Counted from the stretch's first letter, positions 9,301-16,924 are shown. The stretch: 58,391 bases of DNA from Pseudonocardiales bacterium (GCA_019240665.1 JAFAXZ010000017.1:1-58391); one strand, 5' to 3'. Notes: generated by a model not told the origin, from the sequence alone. Numbers and translations: made by a program.

Positions 9301-9345
9301 CGGGTGTCGGGACGATGGGTGTCGGAACGATGGGTGTCGGGACGA
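9301..9345. repeat. 15-bp tandem repeat gggtgtcgg(g/a)acgat, 3 copies, in the cysN to RAMP-gene intergenic region
   Basis: Copies at 9301-9315, 9316-9330 (one mismatch) and 9331-9345. Confidence 0.95.
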
Positions 9346-9465
9346 TGTGGTAGACCGTTTTGTTGGCGCGGTCCACTGGGCGCTCACCCGCCGGCAACGA
9401 CGTCACGGCTCAGGTGTTTGCCGCGCTGGCCCATTTCGCCGACGGCGCTGGCGTGGAGGTGAGGC

Positions 9466-11994
9466 ATGCCGCGGGTTTCGGTCGTTGCCGTGAGTGCGGA
9501 ACAAGTCGTGTTCGCGCCGCATACCGAGGTGAGATGGCTGACCAGGGACCTTGTCAATGACTGCGGTACCACTCTCCCAGAAGTGGGTCAGGTCGGGGAG
9601 TTCGAGGAGGATTGCTCGAACTGGATCTTTGAGGTGGATCCGGGGTGGCGCGTCGAGTTGCGTGGCCTGAAAGCGGTCGGCAGCCCAGAGTTGATGACGT
9701 TTCGGGTCAACGGCACGAGGACTGTCATTGACCTGACCGATCATGGTGTGCCGCCGGCGATGAAAGCGAAGGCAGCGAGGTTGAGGTTCTGGCTGCTCGT
9801 CCGCCGCGACGGGGACGTCGCTGCCGTGCCGGATCAGGGGGGACTGTATGGACATTTCGATCACCCGGACGTGCCGTCCTGGGTGGCGGAAATCGAGCAG
9901 GAGGCCGCTGCCGAGACTCAGCGAAAACAGGACGCGGAGCTCCTCTGGCGCAAGCGGGAATCGGAGAAAACATCGCGGGACCATTTCATCAATCCGTACA
10001 CCTTCGTCCCGTTCCCGGCGCAACCGCCGCAGCGTGTTAAGCCGTATGGCCATCACGCACTTGCGGAGGAGAGGAAAGAAGCCCGTTTCGCGGGTAGGAT
10101 CACGGCCCAGCTGGTGGCCCGGTCGCCGCTGTTGGTGCGTAACGTCGGCTCGGCCGCACCGCTCGTTGACGATGTAATGACGGCACCGCGAACGGGCACG
10201 GGCCTGCTGTTCATCCCCGGATCGTCGCTGCATGGTGCGATCCGCTCACTGCACGAGACCCTTACCGGCAGCTGCCTGCGTGTCTTCGACCCCGACTTCG
10301 TCCCCGTCTATCGGGACGTCGCCAGCGGTGCGCTGCGCCAGGGCTGGGATCTGGGTGTGGTCGAGGAGGTCGGCCAGGACCACGCTGGCCGTCCGACCAG
10401 GCTCACCCGCTGCGATGAAACCAGGTGGGTTCCGCTCACAACGCTGGCCCGCAGCATACCGAAGGGCGGTGCGGTGACGACCGGACAACGCTTCCAGCTC
10501 AACGAGCAGGACTTCTCCACGCAGCACGGCAGGGAGGTTTACAAGGAGACAGCGTCCGCAATTCTCGACCCGAACGGTGGCTGGGTCGTGCTCGTCACCG
10601 ACGACAGCGCCCGGAAATCGAACATGCCGTACTACTGCGCGGTGGGGCGCCTGCCCGCAACGCCGCAACCGATGGCGCTGACCGACCGCGCGTGGCATGA
10701 GTATCTGCGAGCTGCGGAGGGCACCAAGCAGTGGTTCGCCGGAGAGACCCAGCCACACTTCGAGGCCGAGCGTGCGCGGCTCGCCCAGCCGGGCACCAAC
10801 ATCGGCGACGTGGTCGGTGACCCCACCCTGGCCCGGGGACAAGGTCGCTGGTTGCGGCCGCGTCGGTGGTTTCATCAAGGTCAGGTGGTGTGGCTTGCGC
10901 CTAGCCATGGTCGGCTCCTCGACGGTATGGCGCTGTCGTACCTGTGGCGTACCGCGGGTCAGGGCAGCACCGGTGAGCGCCTCCCTGATGACGGATTCCA
11001 CCCGTGCCACGACCCGGATTTGCTGTGCCTGAGTTGCCGGGTGTTCGGCAGCGCCGATGTGCGGGACGTGAGCGGGCACGAGGTCGACCGTCGGCGCGCC
11101 GAGCAGCGCAGCTATCGGGGGCACGTCCGGGTGCTGGATGCGGTGCTGGAGTCGGGCGGCACGCTTGCTGAGCCTGTCGTGTTGCCTGCGATGGGCTCGC
11201 CTCGACCGGGGTCGGGGCAGTTCTATCTCGATGATCCACAGAGTAGTAAGGAGAGGCTGGGTTATCAGAAGCCACGCAACAGATGGGGTACTCCGGACCC
11301 GCTTCAACCTCGTCACCTGCGGGGGCGGAAGTTCTACTGGCACACCGATCCCCGGACTGATGAGCGGCGTCAACGGTGGCGAGCGCACGATCACGCCCCG
11401 GCCGGCGAGCAGGTCGAGTTGGTCGCCGCGGGCAGTGCCTACCGGCTGGACGTGGTGTTCGACGGGTTGACCAAAGCTGAGATCGGCGGCTTGGTGGCCA
11501 CGCTCCAACCGGACCGCCTGTTCGCCACGCAGCAGCAGCCACTGCCGTATCCGCTCAGCGGCGACCCGGAGTACGCCATCCACATCGGAGGCGGCAAGCC
11601 GCTCGGCCTCGGCTCCTGCCAGGTCCGGGACCTGCAGATCATCGCCGACAGCGTCGAGTCCCGCTATCTGGGTGCTGAGCAGCCGGTGCTCGATCCAGCC
11701 GACCTCATCGCAGCCTTTGTCACGGACCAGGGCGACCTCGGTTCCACCTGGCAGAACCTGGCCGCGGCGTTGCACACCGACCACGTTGACTCCCGCATCG
11801 TCTCTTACCCCACCGCTACCGAGTGGGCAGACGACGACGGAACCTGCTCCGGTAAGCGACAGCATGAGGCATTCACGTGGTTCCAGCAGACGACCGGCGA
11901 AGCCTTGCGAGACGGAGAGCGACCGTTCGTCCCGTTGCCGTCGGTCTCGGATATCGCTCCGGTACTGGCGGTGCACGCCAAGGAGAACAGGTGA
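9466..11994 (+). CDS. Large RAMP-superfamily protein (842 aa) with an unknown roughly 170-aa N-terminal domain and a large internal insertion
   Basis: RBS GGAGGTGAGGC precedes the ATG. RAMP signatures: FINPYTFVPF, LLFIPGSSLHGAIRSL, CLSCRVFGS, LRGRKFYWH and the glycine loop IHIGGGKPLGLGS. Confidence 0.8.
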   Translation: MPRVSVVAVSAEQVVFAPHTEVRWLTRDLVNDCGTTLPEVGQVGEFEEDCSNWIFEVDPGWRVELRGLKAVGSPELMTFRVNGTRTVIDLTDHGVPPAMKAKAARLRFWLLVRRDGDVAAVPDQGGLYGHFDHPDVPSWVAEIEQEAAAETQRKQDAELLWRKRESEKTSRDHFINPYTFVPFPAQPPQRVKPYGHHALAEERKEARFAGRITAQLVARSPLLVRNVGSAAPLVDDVMTAPRTGTGLLFIPGSSLHGAIRSLHETLTGSCLRVFDPDFVPVYRDVASGALRQGWDLGVVEEVGQDHAGRPTRLTRCDETRWVPLTTLARSIPKGGAVTTGQRFQLNEQDFSTQHGREVYKETASAILDPNGGWVVLVTDDSARKSNMPYYCAVGRLPATPQPMALTDRAWHEYLRAAEGTKQWFAGETQPHFEAERARLAQPGTNIGDVVGDPTLARGQGRWLRPRRWFHQGQVVWLAPSHGRLLDGMALSYLWRTAGQGSTGERLPDDGFHPCHDPDLLCLSCRVFGSADVRDVSGHEVDRRRAEQRSYRGHVRVLDAVLESGGTLAEPVVLPAMGSPRPGSGQFYLDDPQSSKERLGYQKPRNRWGTPDPLQPRHLRGRKFYWHTDPRTDERRQRWRAHDHAPAGEQVELVAAGSAYRLDVVFDGLTKAEIGGLVATLQPDRLFATQQQPLPYPLSGDPEYAIHIGGGKPLGLGSCQVRDLQIIADSVESRYLGAEQPVLDPADLIAAFVTDQGDLGSTWQNLAAALHTDHVDSRIVSYPTATEWADDDGTCSGKRQHEAFTWFQQTTGEALRDGERPFVPLPSVSDIAPVLAVHAKENR

Positions 11995-12629
11995 CGGTCT
12001 ACCTCGACATCGGCGCGAAACGCATTCAGGCGTATCTCGCTCGCACACCCCGCTTGCGGGGCCGACGGGGTGCCTCCGCGCTGCTCGAGTACGAGAGGTT
12101 GCACGAGTGGACCAGGGATGCCTGGTCACGGTACGTGGAGGTCAACGAGGAGGGCAAGAGGACCGACGGGGTGCTCTCGCTGCGCTTCACCAACCCGGAC
12201 GTCGATGACCGCACGATCGATGCCGTGGTGACCGAGACCGCGACGCGGCTGCAGCGTCTGGCGCCGGGAGCCGAATGGGACGTGCATCTGCGCCGCGCGG
12301 ACAGCTATCGGCAGGCTCTGCGCGACGGTGCCGCCGCCGAGCGCGCCGGGCACGATCTGTTGCCCGGCAGTGTCATGCGGTACCGACCGCTCCCGGCCGC
12401 ACCGAACGAAGTGCCGGTCGTGCGGTTCTGCGACACCTGTGGCCTCGACCCGGCGGTGTGCACCGGGCAGGTGGAACCGGCTGAGGCAGACGGGAAGAAG
12501 TCGTTGTGCGCTGACTGCTCCCGCCGTTTCCTGGAGGGCGGGTACCGGACCGACACCCGCAACTGGACGCCGGACGAAGCGCGGAGGCGCTGGCAGGACA
12601 AGATCGCGCCGGGCGGGCTCGCCGGCTGA
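11991..12629 (+). CDS. Cas10-like protein, N-terminal part (palm-like domain plus CxxC..CxxC knuckle; no HD domain)
   Basis: AAGGAG RBS, and the GTG overlaps the upstream stop (GTGA). VYLDIGAKRIQAYL..RLRGRRGASALL resembles the Cas10 D-x-x-GIQ..LRGRS start. Zinc knuckle CDTCG..CADCS. It ends at a TGA, where homology continues in the +1 frame. Confidence 0.65.
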   Translation: MTVYLDIGAKRIQAYLARTPRLRGRRGASALLEYERLHEWTRDAWSRYVEVNEEGKRTDGVLSLRFTNPDVDDRTIDAVVTETATRLQRLAPGAEWDVHLRRADSYRQALRDGAAAERAGHDLLPGSVMRYRPLPAAPNEVPVVRFCDTCGLDPAVCTGQVEPAEADGKKSLCADCSRRFLEGGYRTDTRNWTPDEARRRWQDKIAPGGLAG

Positions 12630-12648
12630 GCGGGACCTGCGCGTCGGC

Positions 12649-13518
12649 GTGGAGCGGACCAAGCGCACGAATGCCGGGACGTTGAGGGTTGCTCCGGATT
12701 TCGGTGACCTCGCGGCGCTCGGTTCGGGCGACGCGAACCACTTATGCACCGTGGGCGACGCGAACCACTTATGCACCGTGTTCGTCGACGGCAACCGGTT
12801 CGGCGCTCTGTTCGCCGCATTGCAGGATGCCAAGGTCAGCTTGCGGGAAGAACTCTCGGCCGCACTCAACGAGGCGATCCGGGGTGCGCTAGTCGTCGCC
12901 ACCGCGGACGTGACCGGCGAGGCCGATACCTACCTGCCGGTCGTCCCGCACCTCGTCGGCGGCGACGACCTGCTCGCGTCGGTCACCGCCGACCGGGCAT
13001 GGGACTTCGTCGTGGCGTTTCTCAACGATTATCACCGACGGACGGCGGCGCTGGCTGCCGACTATCAGCAGCGCGCCGGTACCCCGGTCCCAGCTCCTCC
13101 CACCGCATCAGCTGGACTGGTGTTCGCCCACTACAAGTACCCGTTCGCCAACTGCCTCGACCTCGCCGAGACCGCGCTGCGGCGGGCGAAGTCCCGACAC
13201 AAGGCCCGGGAGCCGGCGGTGTGTTGGATCGACGTCACCGAGGACGGCCCGGAACTACCCCTGTCACGATCCGCGCCTCGCCTGATGACGCTAGCCGATC
13301 ACCGCTCCGACATCGACGGGCTGTGCACCATCCCACCATCCGGTCGAGCGCAACTGGCCAAGGCCGCCCAGGACGGCGATGACACGGCGGTGGCTGCGCT
13401 TGCGCACCGGCTCGGCCACATAAGTCTCATCCGGCCGTTCCAGCTGGCCCAGCCACCGATGCCGCTGCTCGACGCGCTGGCTCTCGGGAGGTGGTGGCAG
13501 TGCCGGCGACCCGCCTGA
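12649..13518 (+). CDS. Cas10-like protein, C-terminal part (Palm2/cyclase domain with intact GGDD)
   Basis: FGDLAAL, FVDGNRFGALF, VVPHLVGGDDLL (GGDD codons 12958-12969), SAGLVFAHYKYPF and ETALRRAKS. The frame is readable from 12628, and GTG at 12649 is a possible independent start. It may be the downstream half of a frameshifted single gene. Confidence 0.7.
   Translation: MERTKRTNAGTLRVAPDFGDLAALGSGDANHLCTVGDANHLCTVFVDGNRFGALFAALQDAKVSLREELSAALNEAIRGALVVATADVTGEADTYLPVVPHLVGGDDLLASVTADRAWDFVVAFLNDYHRRTAALAADYQQRAGTPVPAPPTASAGLVFAHYKYPFANCLDLAETALRRAKSRHKAREPAVCWIDVTEDGPELPLSRSAPRLMTLADHRSDIDGLCTIPPSGRAQLAKAAQDGDDTAVAALAHRLGHISLIRPFQLAQPPMPLLDALALGRWWQCRRPA
12727..12780. repeat. Perfect 27-bp tandem duplication (ggcgacgcgaaccacttatgcaccgtg, 2 copies) inside the Cas10-like Palm2 gene
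   Basis: Copies at 12727-12753 and 12754-12780. In frame, it duplicates GDANHLCTV. Confidence 0.97.
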
Positions 13519-14069
13519 TCTTTGAGGTCACCTTCCACGGCCCGGTGCGCGTCGGCCGGGGCCGCGCTGGCGTCGGGGTGGACGACACCGTTGACCCCGA
13601 CGTGATCGTGCCGGGCTCGTCGCTGAAAGGGCTTATGCGTGCCGAGGCGGCTGTCTTGTTCGGCGGTCGCCAGGCCGATCTGGTCGGGGAGGTCTTCGGC
13701 ACGGCCAGGCAGCCCAGCCCGTGGCACTGGAACGACATCCGCGCTGACAGCACGGCCGAGAACCTGGTCAGATCCGGAGCCCGCATCCGCGTCGACAGCA
13801 CGTCCGGCTCTACCGTTGACGGTGGTCTGTTCTCGGCGGAATACCGCTGGCCACGAACCGCCCGGTTCGCCGTTCAGCGTTTCGCCGCACTCACCGACGA
13901 GGACAGCGAACGCCATGAGGTGTTGCTGTGGGTCGCGGCGCTGTCCGTGCACAGCGTCGGCGCCGACCGCAATCGCGGTTATGGCTGGGTCGATGTCAGG
14001 CGGGTAGGCGCCGAGCCGGACGAGGTGTTCCTGGCCCGGGTCGCCAACGTGCTGGGGGTGCGATCATGA
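13500..14069 (+). CDS. Small RAMP protein (Csm3/Cmr4/Cas7-like, about 189 aa)
   Basis: GGGAGG RBS before the GTG at 13500 (the ORF is open from 13491). VPGSSLKGLMR, EVFG, RVDSTSGSTVDGGLFSAE and the C-terminal glycine loop NRGYGW. Confidence 0.78.
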   Translation: MPATRLIFEVTFHGPVRVGRGRAGVGVDDTVDPDVIVPGSSLKGLMRAEAAVLFGGRQADLVGEVFGTARQPSPWHWNDIRADSTAENLVRSGARIRVDSTSGSTVDGGLFSAEYRWPRTARFAVQRFAALTDEDSERHEVLLWVAALSVHSVGADRNRGYGWVDVRRVGAEPDEVFLARVANVLGVRS

Positions 14070-14695
14070 TCCGAGTCACTGTACGGGCCGAGCAGCCGCT
14101 GCACCTGGGTTCCCAGCTGGATGCCGGTTGGCTCACCGACACGCACCGTTTCGTGCCCGGCAGTGTGTTGCGTGGTGCGCTGGCGGCGCTGTGGCTGGCC
14201 GAACACCGTCCCCCGAAGCCCGACACTAGCGACGATGTGGAATTCCAGCGGCTCTTCGAGGGCGGGGTGCGGTTCGGGCCGCTCTACCCGAGCGACGACG
14301 CGCTGCGCCCGCTGTCGGTGTTCGGCTGCAAGTACGCCGATGATGACGCCTGCCGCGGGTTCACCTACGACGCCGCGGTCGACGGCGCCGCTCGCCCCAC
14401 CTGCCCAGCCTGCGGTTCCCCGGTCGAGGCGAGCAAGGGCCACATCGACGGTGTCCGGGTCGTCGAGCACACCCGGGTTGAGCTCGACGAGCGCGAACGC
14501 GCCGCCAACTGCGTCAGCCCCTCTGTGTGCGGGGGTACGCTAAGGATCATGGCCAACGGGGCAGGGTACGTCGTACCCGCACCGGTTGTTACGGCCGGAC
14601 GCCTACTCGGTCGCAGAGCGCGTGCACGTCATCTCGTAGTCCCGTGGGCGGGGCGGCGGCGAGAAAAAGCAACATATCGCGGGCGTAGCCGTTGA
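14066..14695 (+). pseudogene. Second RAMP protein (Cas5/Csx10-like N-terminus with a zinc-ribbon insert), apparently 3'-truncated
   Basis: ATGA coupling to the previous gene. MIRVTVRAEQPLHLGS, FVPGSVLRGALAAL, VRFGPLYP and CKY..C....CPACG. After about 14510 the translation loses protein-like character and runs into the convergent gene that ends at 14589. Confidence 0.6.
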
Positions 14696-15812
14696 AGCGG
14701 ATGGTGTCCGGCGCGGTGCGCTCGGCGGCATGCAACATCGCGTACGCGCCATCCCGGTCGTGCCGCTGGTGATGGGCACGGGCGACTTCGATCAGGTGCC
14801 TGCTGCGCCGGGCAAGCGAGGGAATCTCGTTGGCGTCGAAGCCGTTTGCGGTGCGCATCGCCTCGCCGGGACGGCGCAGCTCCACATCGAGCGTGACCGC
14901 GTGGGCATTCATCACGGTGATGCTGAATGACGTCTGCACATGCCGGTACCGCGAACCTAACCGCCGGGCCATCTCGTTGGCCCGTTCCCAATACGACCAC
15001 GCTTCACCGTGCCGACCGCGACGGGCATGCACATAGCCCACCTCGAATTGCAGGGCTCCCCACATGCCACGCCAGTCGTCATCGGAGGTGCGGTGCAACC
15101 ACGGTTCGAGCTGCCGCGCTCCGCCGAACGCAACCGTGATGGCTTCTTCCCAGCGCCCGGTGTCCCGCAGCGCGCCGGTCAGCGCCCACGCGCCGCCCGC
15201 GATGCCGTATGGGTCATCGGCTTCCTGCGCCTCGGTAATCGCGCGGTCGGCCACCAGCCACACCAGTTCGGGAGCCGGTTGGTAGGCGACATAGAAATCC
15301 GCCAGCCGGTACACCCCGGCCAGCACTCGACGAGCTGTGCGCCGCTCACTGCCCTTCGTGGTGCGCACCGCGCGTTGGCCATCTCGGATGAGATCGGGCA
15401 GCAACGCGCCAACGGCCGTCCGGTGAGCGGGGCTACTGTGGCGCACATCCCACGCTTGATCCAGCCGCATCTGTAGGTGCGCCACGTTGACCGGTGCATC
15501 CTGAGCCGCGAACCGGTAGTCGGTGAGCGCGGCCTGCACCGCGGACAGCGCGGCGTGCGCTTCGCCGGTGAACGCTTGTACCGGCACCGCGTGACCGTCC
15601 CCGGTCAACTCGGCCAGGTCGCGCACGTCCAACGCTCGCGCGATCCGCAACAGCATCGGCAGCCGGGGCACCTGCAACCGGCCCGTCTCGACGGCCTTCA
15701 CCCATTCCGCACTGCGCCCCACCAGCCCGCCGAGAACAGGTCGGCTCATTCCGATTCGGTTGCGGAAATGCTTGATGCGCTCGCCGGTGGTCTTCCCCGT
15801 CACATCGGCCAT
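14589..15812 (-). CDS. XRE-family HTH regulator with a C-terminal TPR-like domain (WhiJ-like)
   Basis: N-terminal HTH (GERIKHFRNRIGMSRPVLGGLVGRSAEWVKAVETG). The long helical C-terminus is typical of actinomycete 400-aa XRE regulators. Confidence 0.8.
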   Translation of the reverse strand: MADVTGKTTGERIKHFRNRIGMSRPVLGGLVGRSAEWVKAVETGRLQVPRLPMLLRIARALDVRDLAELTGDGHAVPVQAFTGEAHAALSAVQAALTDYRFAAQDAPVNVAHLQMRLDQAWDVRHSSPAHRTAVGALLPDLIRDGQRAVRTTKGSERRTARRVLAGVYRLADFYVAYQPAPELVWLVADRAITEAQEADDPYGIAGGAWALTGALRDTGRWEEAITVAFGGARQLEPWLHRTSDDDWRGMWGALQFEVGYVHARRGRHGEAWSYWERANEMARRLGSRYRHVQTSFSITVMNAHAVTLDVELRRPGEAMRTANGFDANEIPSLARRSRHLIEVARAHHQRHDRDGAYAMLHAAERTAPDTIRFNGYARDMLLFLAAAPPTGLRDDVHALCDRVGVRP

Positions 15813-15895
15813 ATCCCGCCTCTCCTGCTGGACGCCAGGGTAACGGCGGCCGTGCAGCGTGGCAGCTGCTCAACGCTGCAGATCAGCCACCGCTC

Positions 15896-16290
15896 TCAGC
15901 CCCCGATCCAATCGACGATCTGCGACCCCGCCAACCCCTGGGCTGACAACAACACGATCCGGGCCCGCCGCTCCAGCATCACCCCGATCAGACTCCGAGA
16001 ACTCCAGACTGCGCACCCGACTCGGCATGCGCCAATAGTCCACTGTTCCGCGGAACACCAAAGACAGACACGCGTCACGACACTAGCGTGTTGGTACTGG
16101 ATGCAGTGTTCAGTCTGGCTGGCTTCCGGGTGCTGGCCGCGACCGATGCTGGCGGTGAACTGGAGCTGTGTGATCGAGTTCTCGCCAGCCCTGCGGACCT
16201 GCCTCATGGATCACGACACCGACGTTGCGCCGAGATGCTCATAGAATCCGCCATCGCCGGGCACGGTCTACTTCGGCTATTGGACAGGTG
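15896..16290. mobile_element. Possible insertion-sequence remnants (transposase HTH-like fragments on both strands)
   Basis: Minus-strand fragment ..ERRARIVLLSAQGLAGSQIVDWIG resembles an IS630-type transposase HTH. Plus-strand fragment AGFRVLAATDAGGELEL resembles an ISL3-type N-terminus. No intact ORF is present. Confidence 0.25.
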
Positions 16291-16291
16291 A

Positions 16292-16627
16292 TCACCGGAG
16301 CGGACGGATTCCGACAGTCTTGCATGCCTCGTCCCAGCACGACTCGCAGGTAGGCCAGAGCCACTCCATGTCACCGTCCGGGATTCGTGGGTGGGTGGTA
16401 CCACAGAGGGTGCGCATGGGGCTGCCAAGCCGCACGGTGCGGTCCCGCCGATCAATAGCGTGGCGCGCTCCGGCGAGCGGGAACCACACGAAGGGCCTCT
16501 CCGAGTACGGCACAGGCCCAGCATTGAACGCAAACGACAACTGCGTCACCCCCCCCCCGCGATCATGCCCCTGAGGATGGACGTGGGCGACTTGACCGCT
16601 CCCAATACGACCACGCTTCGCCGTCAC
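16292..16627 (-). CDS. Small Cys-rich (zinc-finger-like) hypothetical protein
   Basis: C-terminal RTLCG....WLWPTCESCWDEA pattern, common next to XRE regulators in actinomycetes. An alternative GTG start at 16549 lies directly after a G10 run. Confidence 0.5.
   Translation of the reverse strand: MTAKRGRIGSGQVAHVHPQGHDRGGGVTQLSFAFNAGPVPYSERPFVWFPLAGARHAIDRRDRTVRLGSPMRTLCGTTHPRIPDGDMEWLWPTCESCWDEACKTVGIRPLR
16549..16558. repeat. Homopolymer C10 (G10 on the coding strand)
   Basis: Counted directly. It encodes RGGG or serves as 5' leader, depending on which start is used. Confidence 0.95.
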
Positions 16628-16924
16628 TCACGCCGTTCGGATCCCGGTCCCTCTTGCTCTGCACGTCCATGCCATCCCGCTCCCGTGATCGCCTCGCTGG
16701 ATGGCACCCAGGACCGGGGCGAGTCACCGCAGCGGCGAGGGGAGGTACTGCCTGCTAGCGCAATTCGGGGCAGACAGGCAGCACGACCGCCCGGTCGACT
16801 CGAACGTCCCGGCCCTGGGGCCTGCGGGACAGTCAAGGACGTGGCCACCGGCATGGGCCACGCCGCGAACCACACCCACCGGAACATTCACGCCCCGCTA
16901 CTCTGAGCGGATCAAGGAGGCCAG

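Noticed and set aside
9301-9345. Possible CRISPR array near the RAMP/Cas10-like genes; the tandem repeats at 309-355, 12727-12780, 33675-33708 and 47956-48009 were also considered
   Set aside because: All are contiguous tandem duplications of 15-27 bp with no spacers. None has the 23-50 bp repeat plus unique-spacer organisation. I saw no repeat-spacer structure elsewhere in the window by eye, although a dedicated detector was not run.
8585-9493. 302-aa Arg/Gly/Ala-rich ORF overlapping cysN in another frame and running into the intergenic repeats
   Set aside because: The translation is low-complexity, it has no start context, and it overlaps the strongly supported cysN frame.
11877-11990. Upstream extension of the Cas10-like ORF (track start 11877), and 13928-14065 for the fourth RAMP gene
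   Set aside because: The extensions overlap the 3' ends of the preceding genes in other frames. GTG at 11991 (AAGGAG RBS) and ATG at 14066 (ATGA coupling) are better starts.
10246-12129. 627-aa ORF antisense to the large RAMP gene
   Set aside because: Same high-GC antisense artefact. The plus-strand frame carries clear RAMP motifs, an RBS and translational coupling, and the antisense product has none.
11991-12400. HD nuclease domain at the N-terminus of the Cas10-like protein
   Set aside because: No H..HD or downstream His/Asp motifs are present. The protein starts directly with the palm-like D-x-x-G-x-x-IQ segment.
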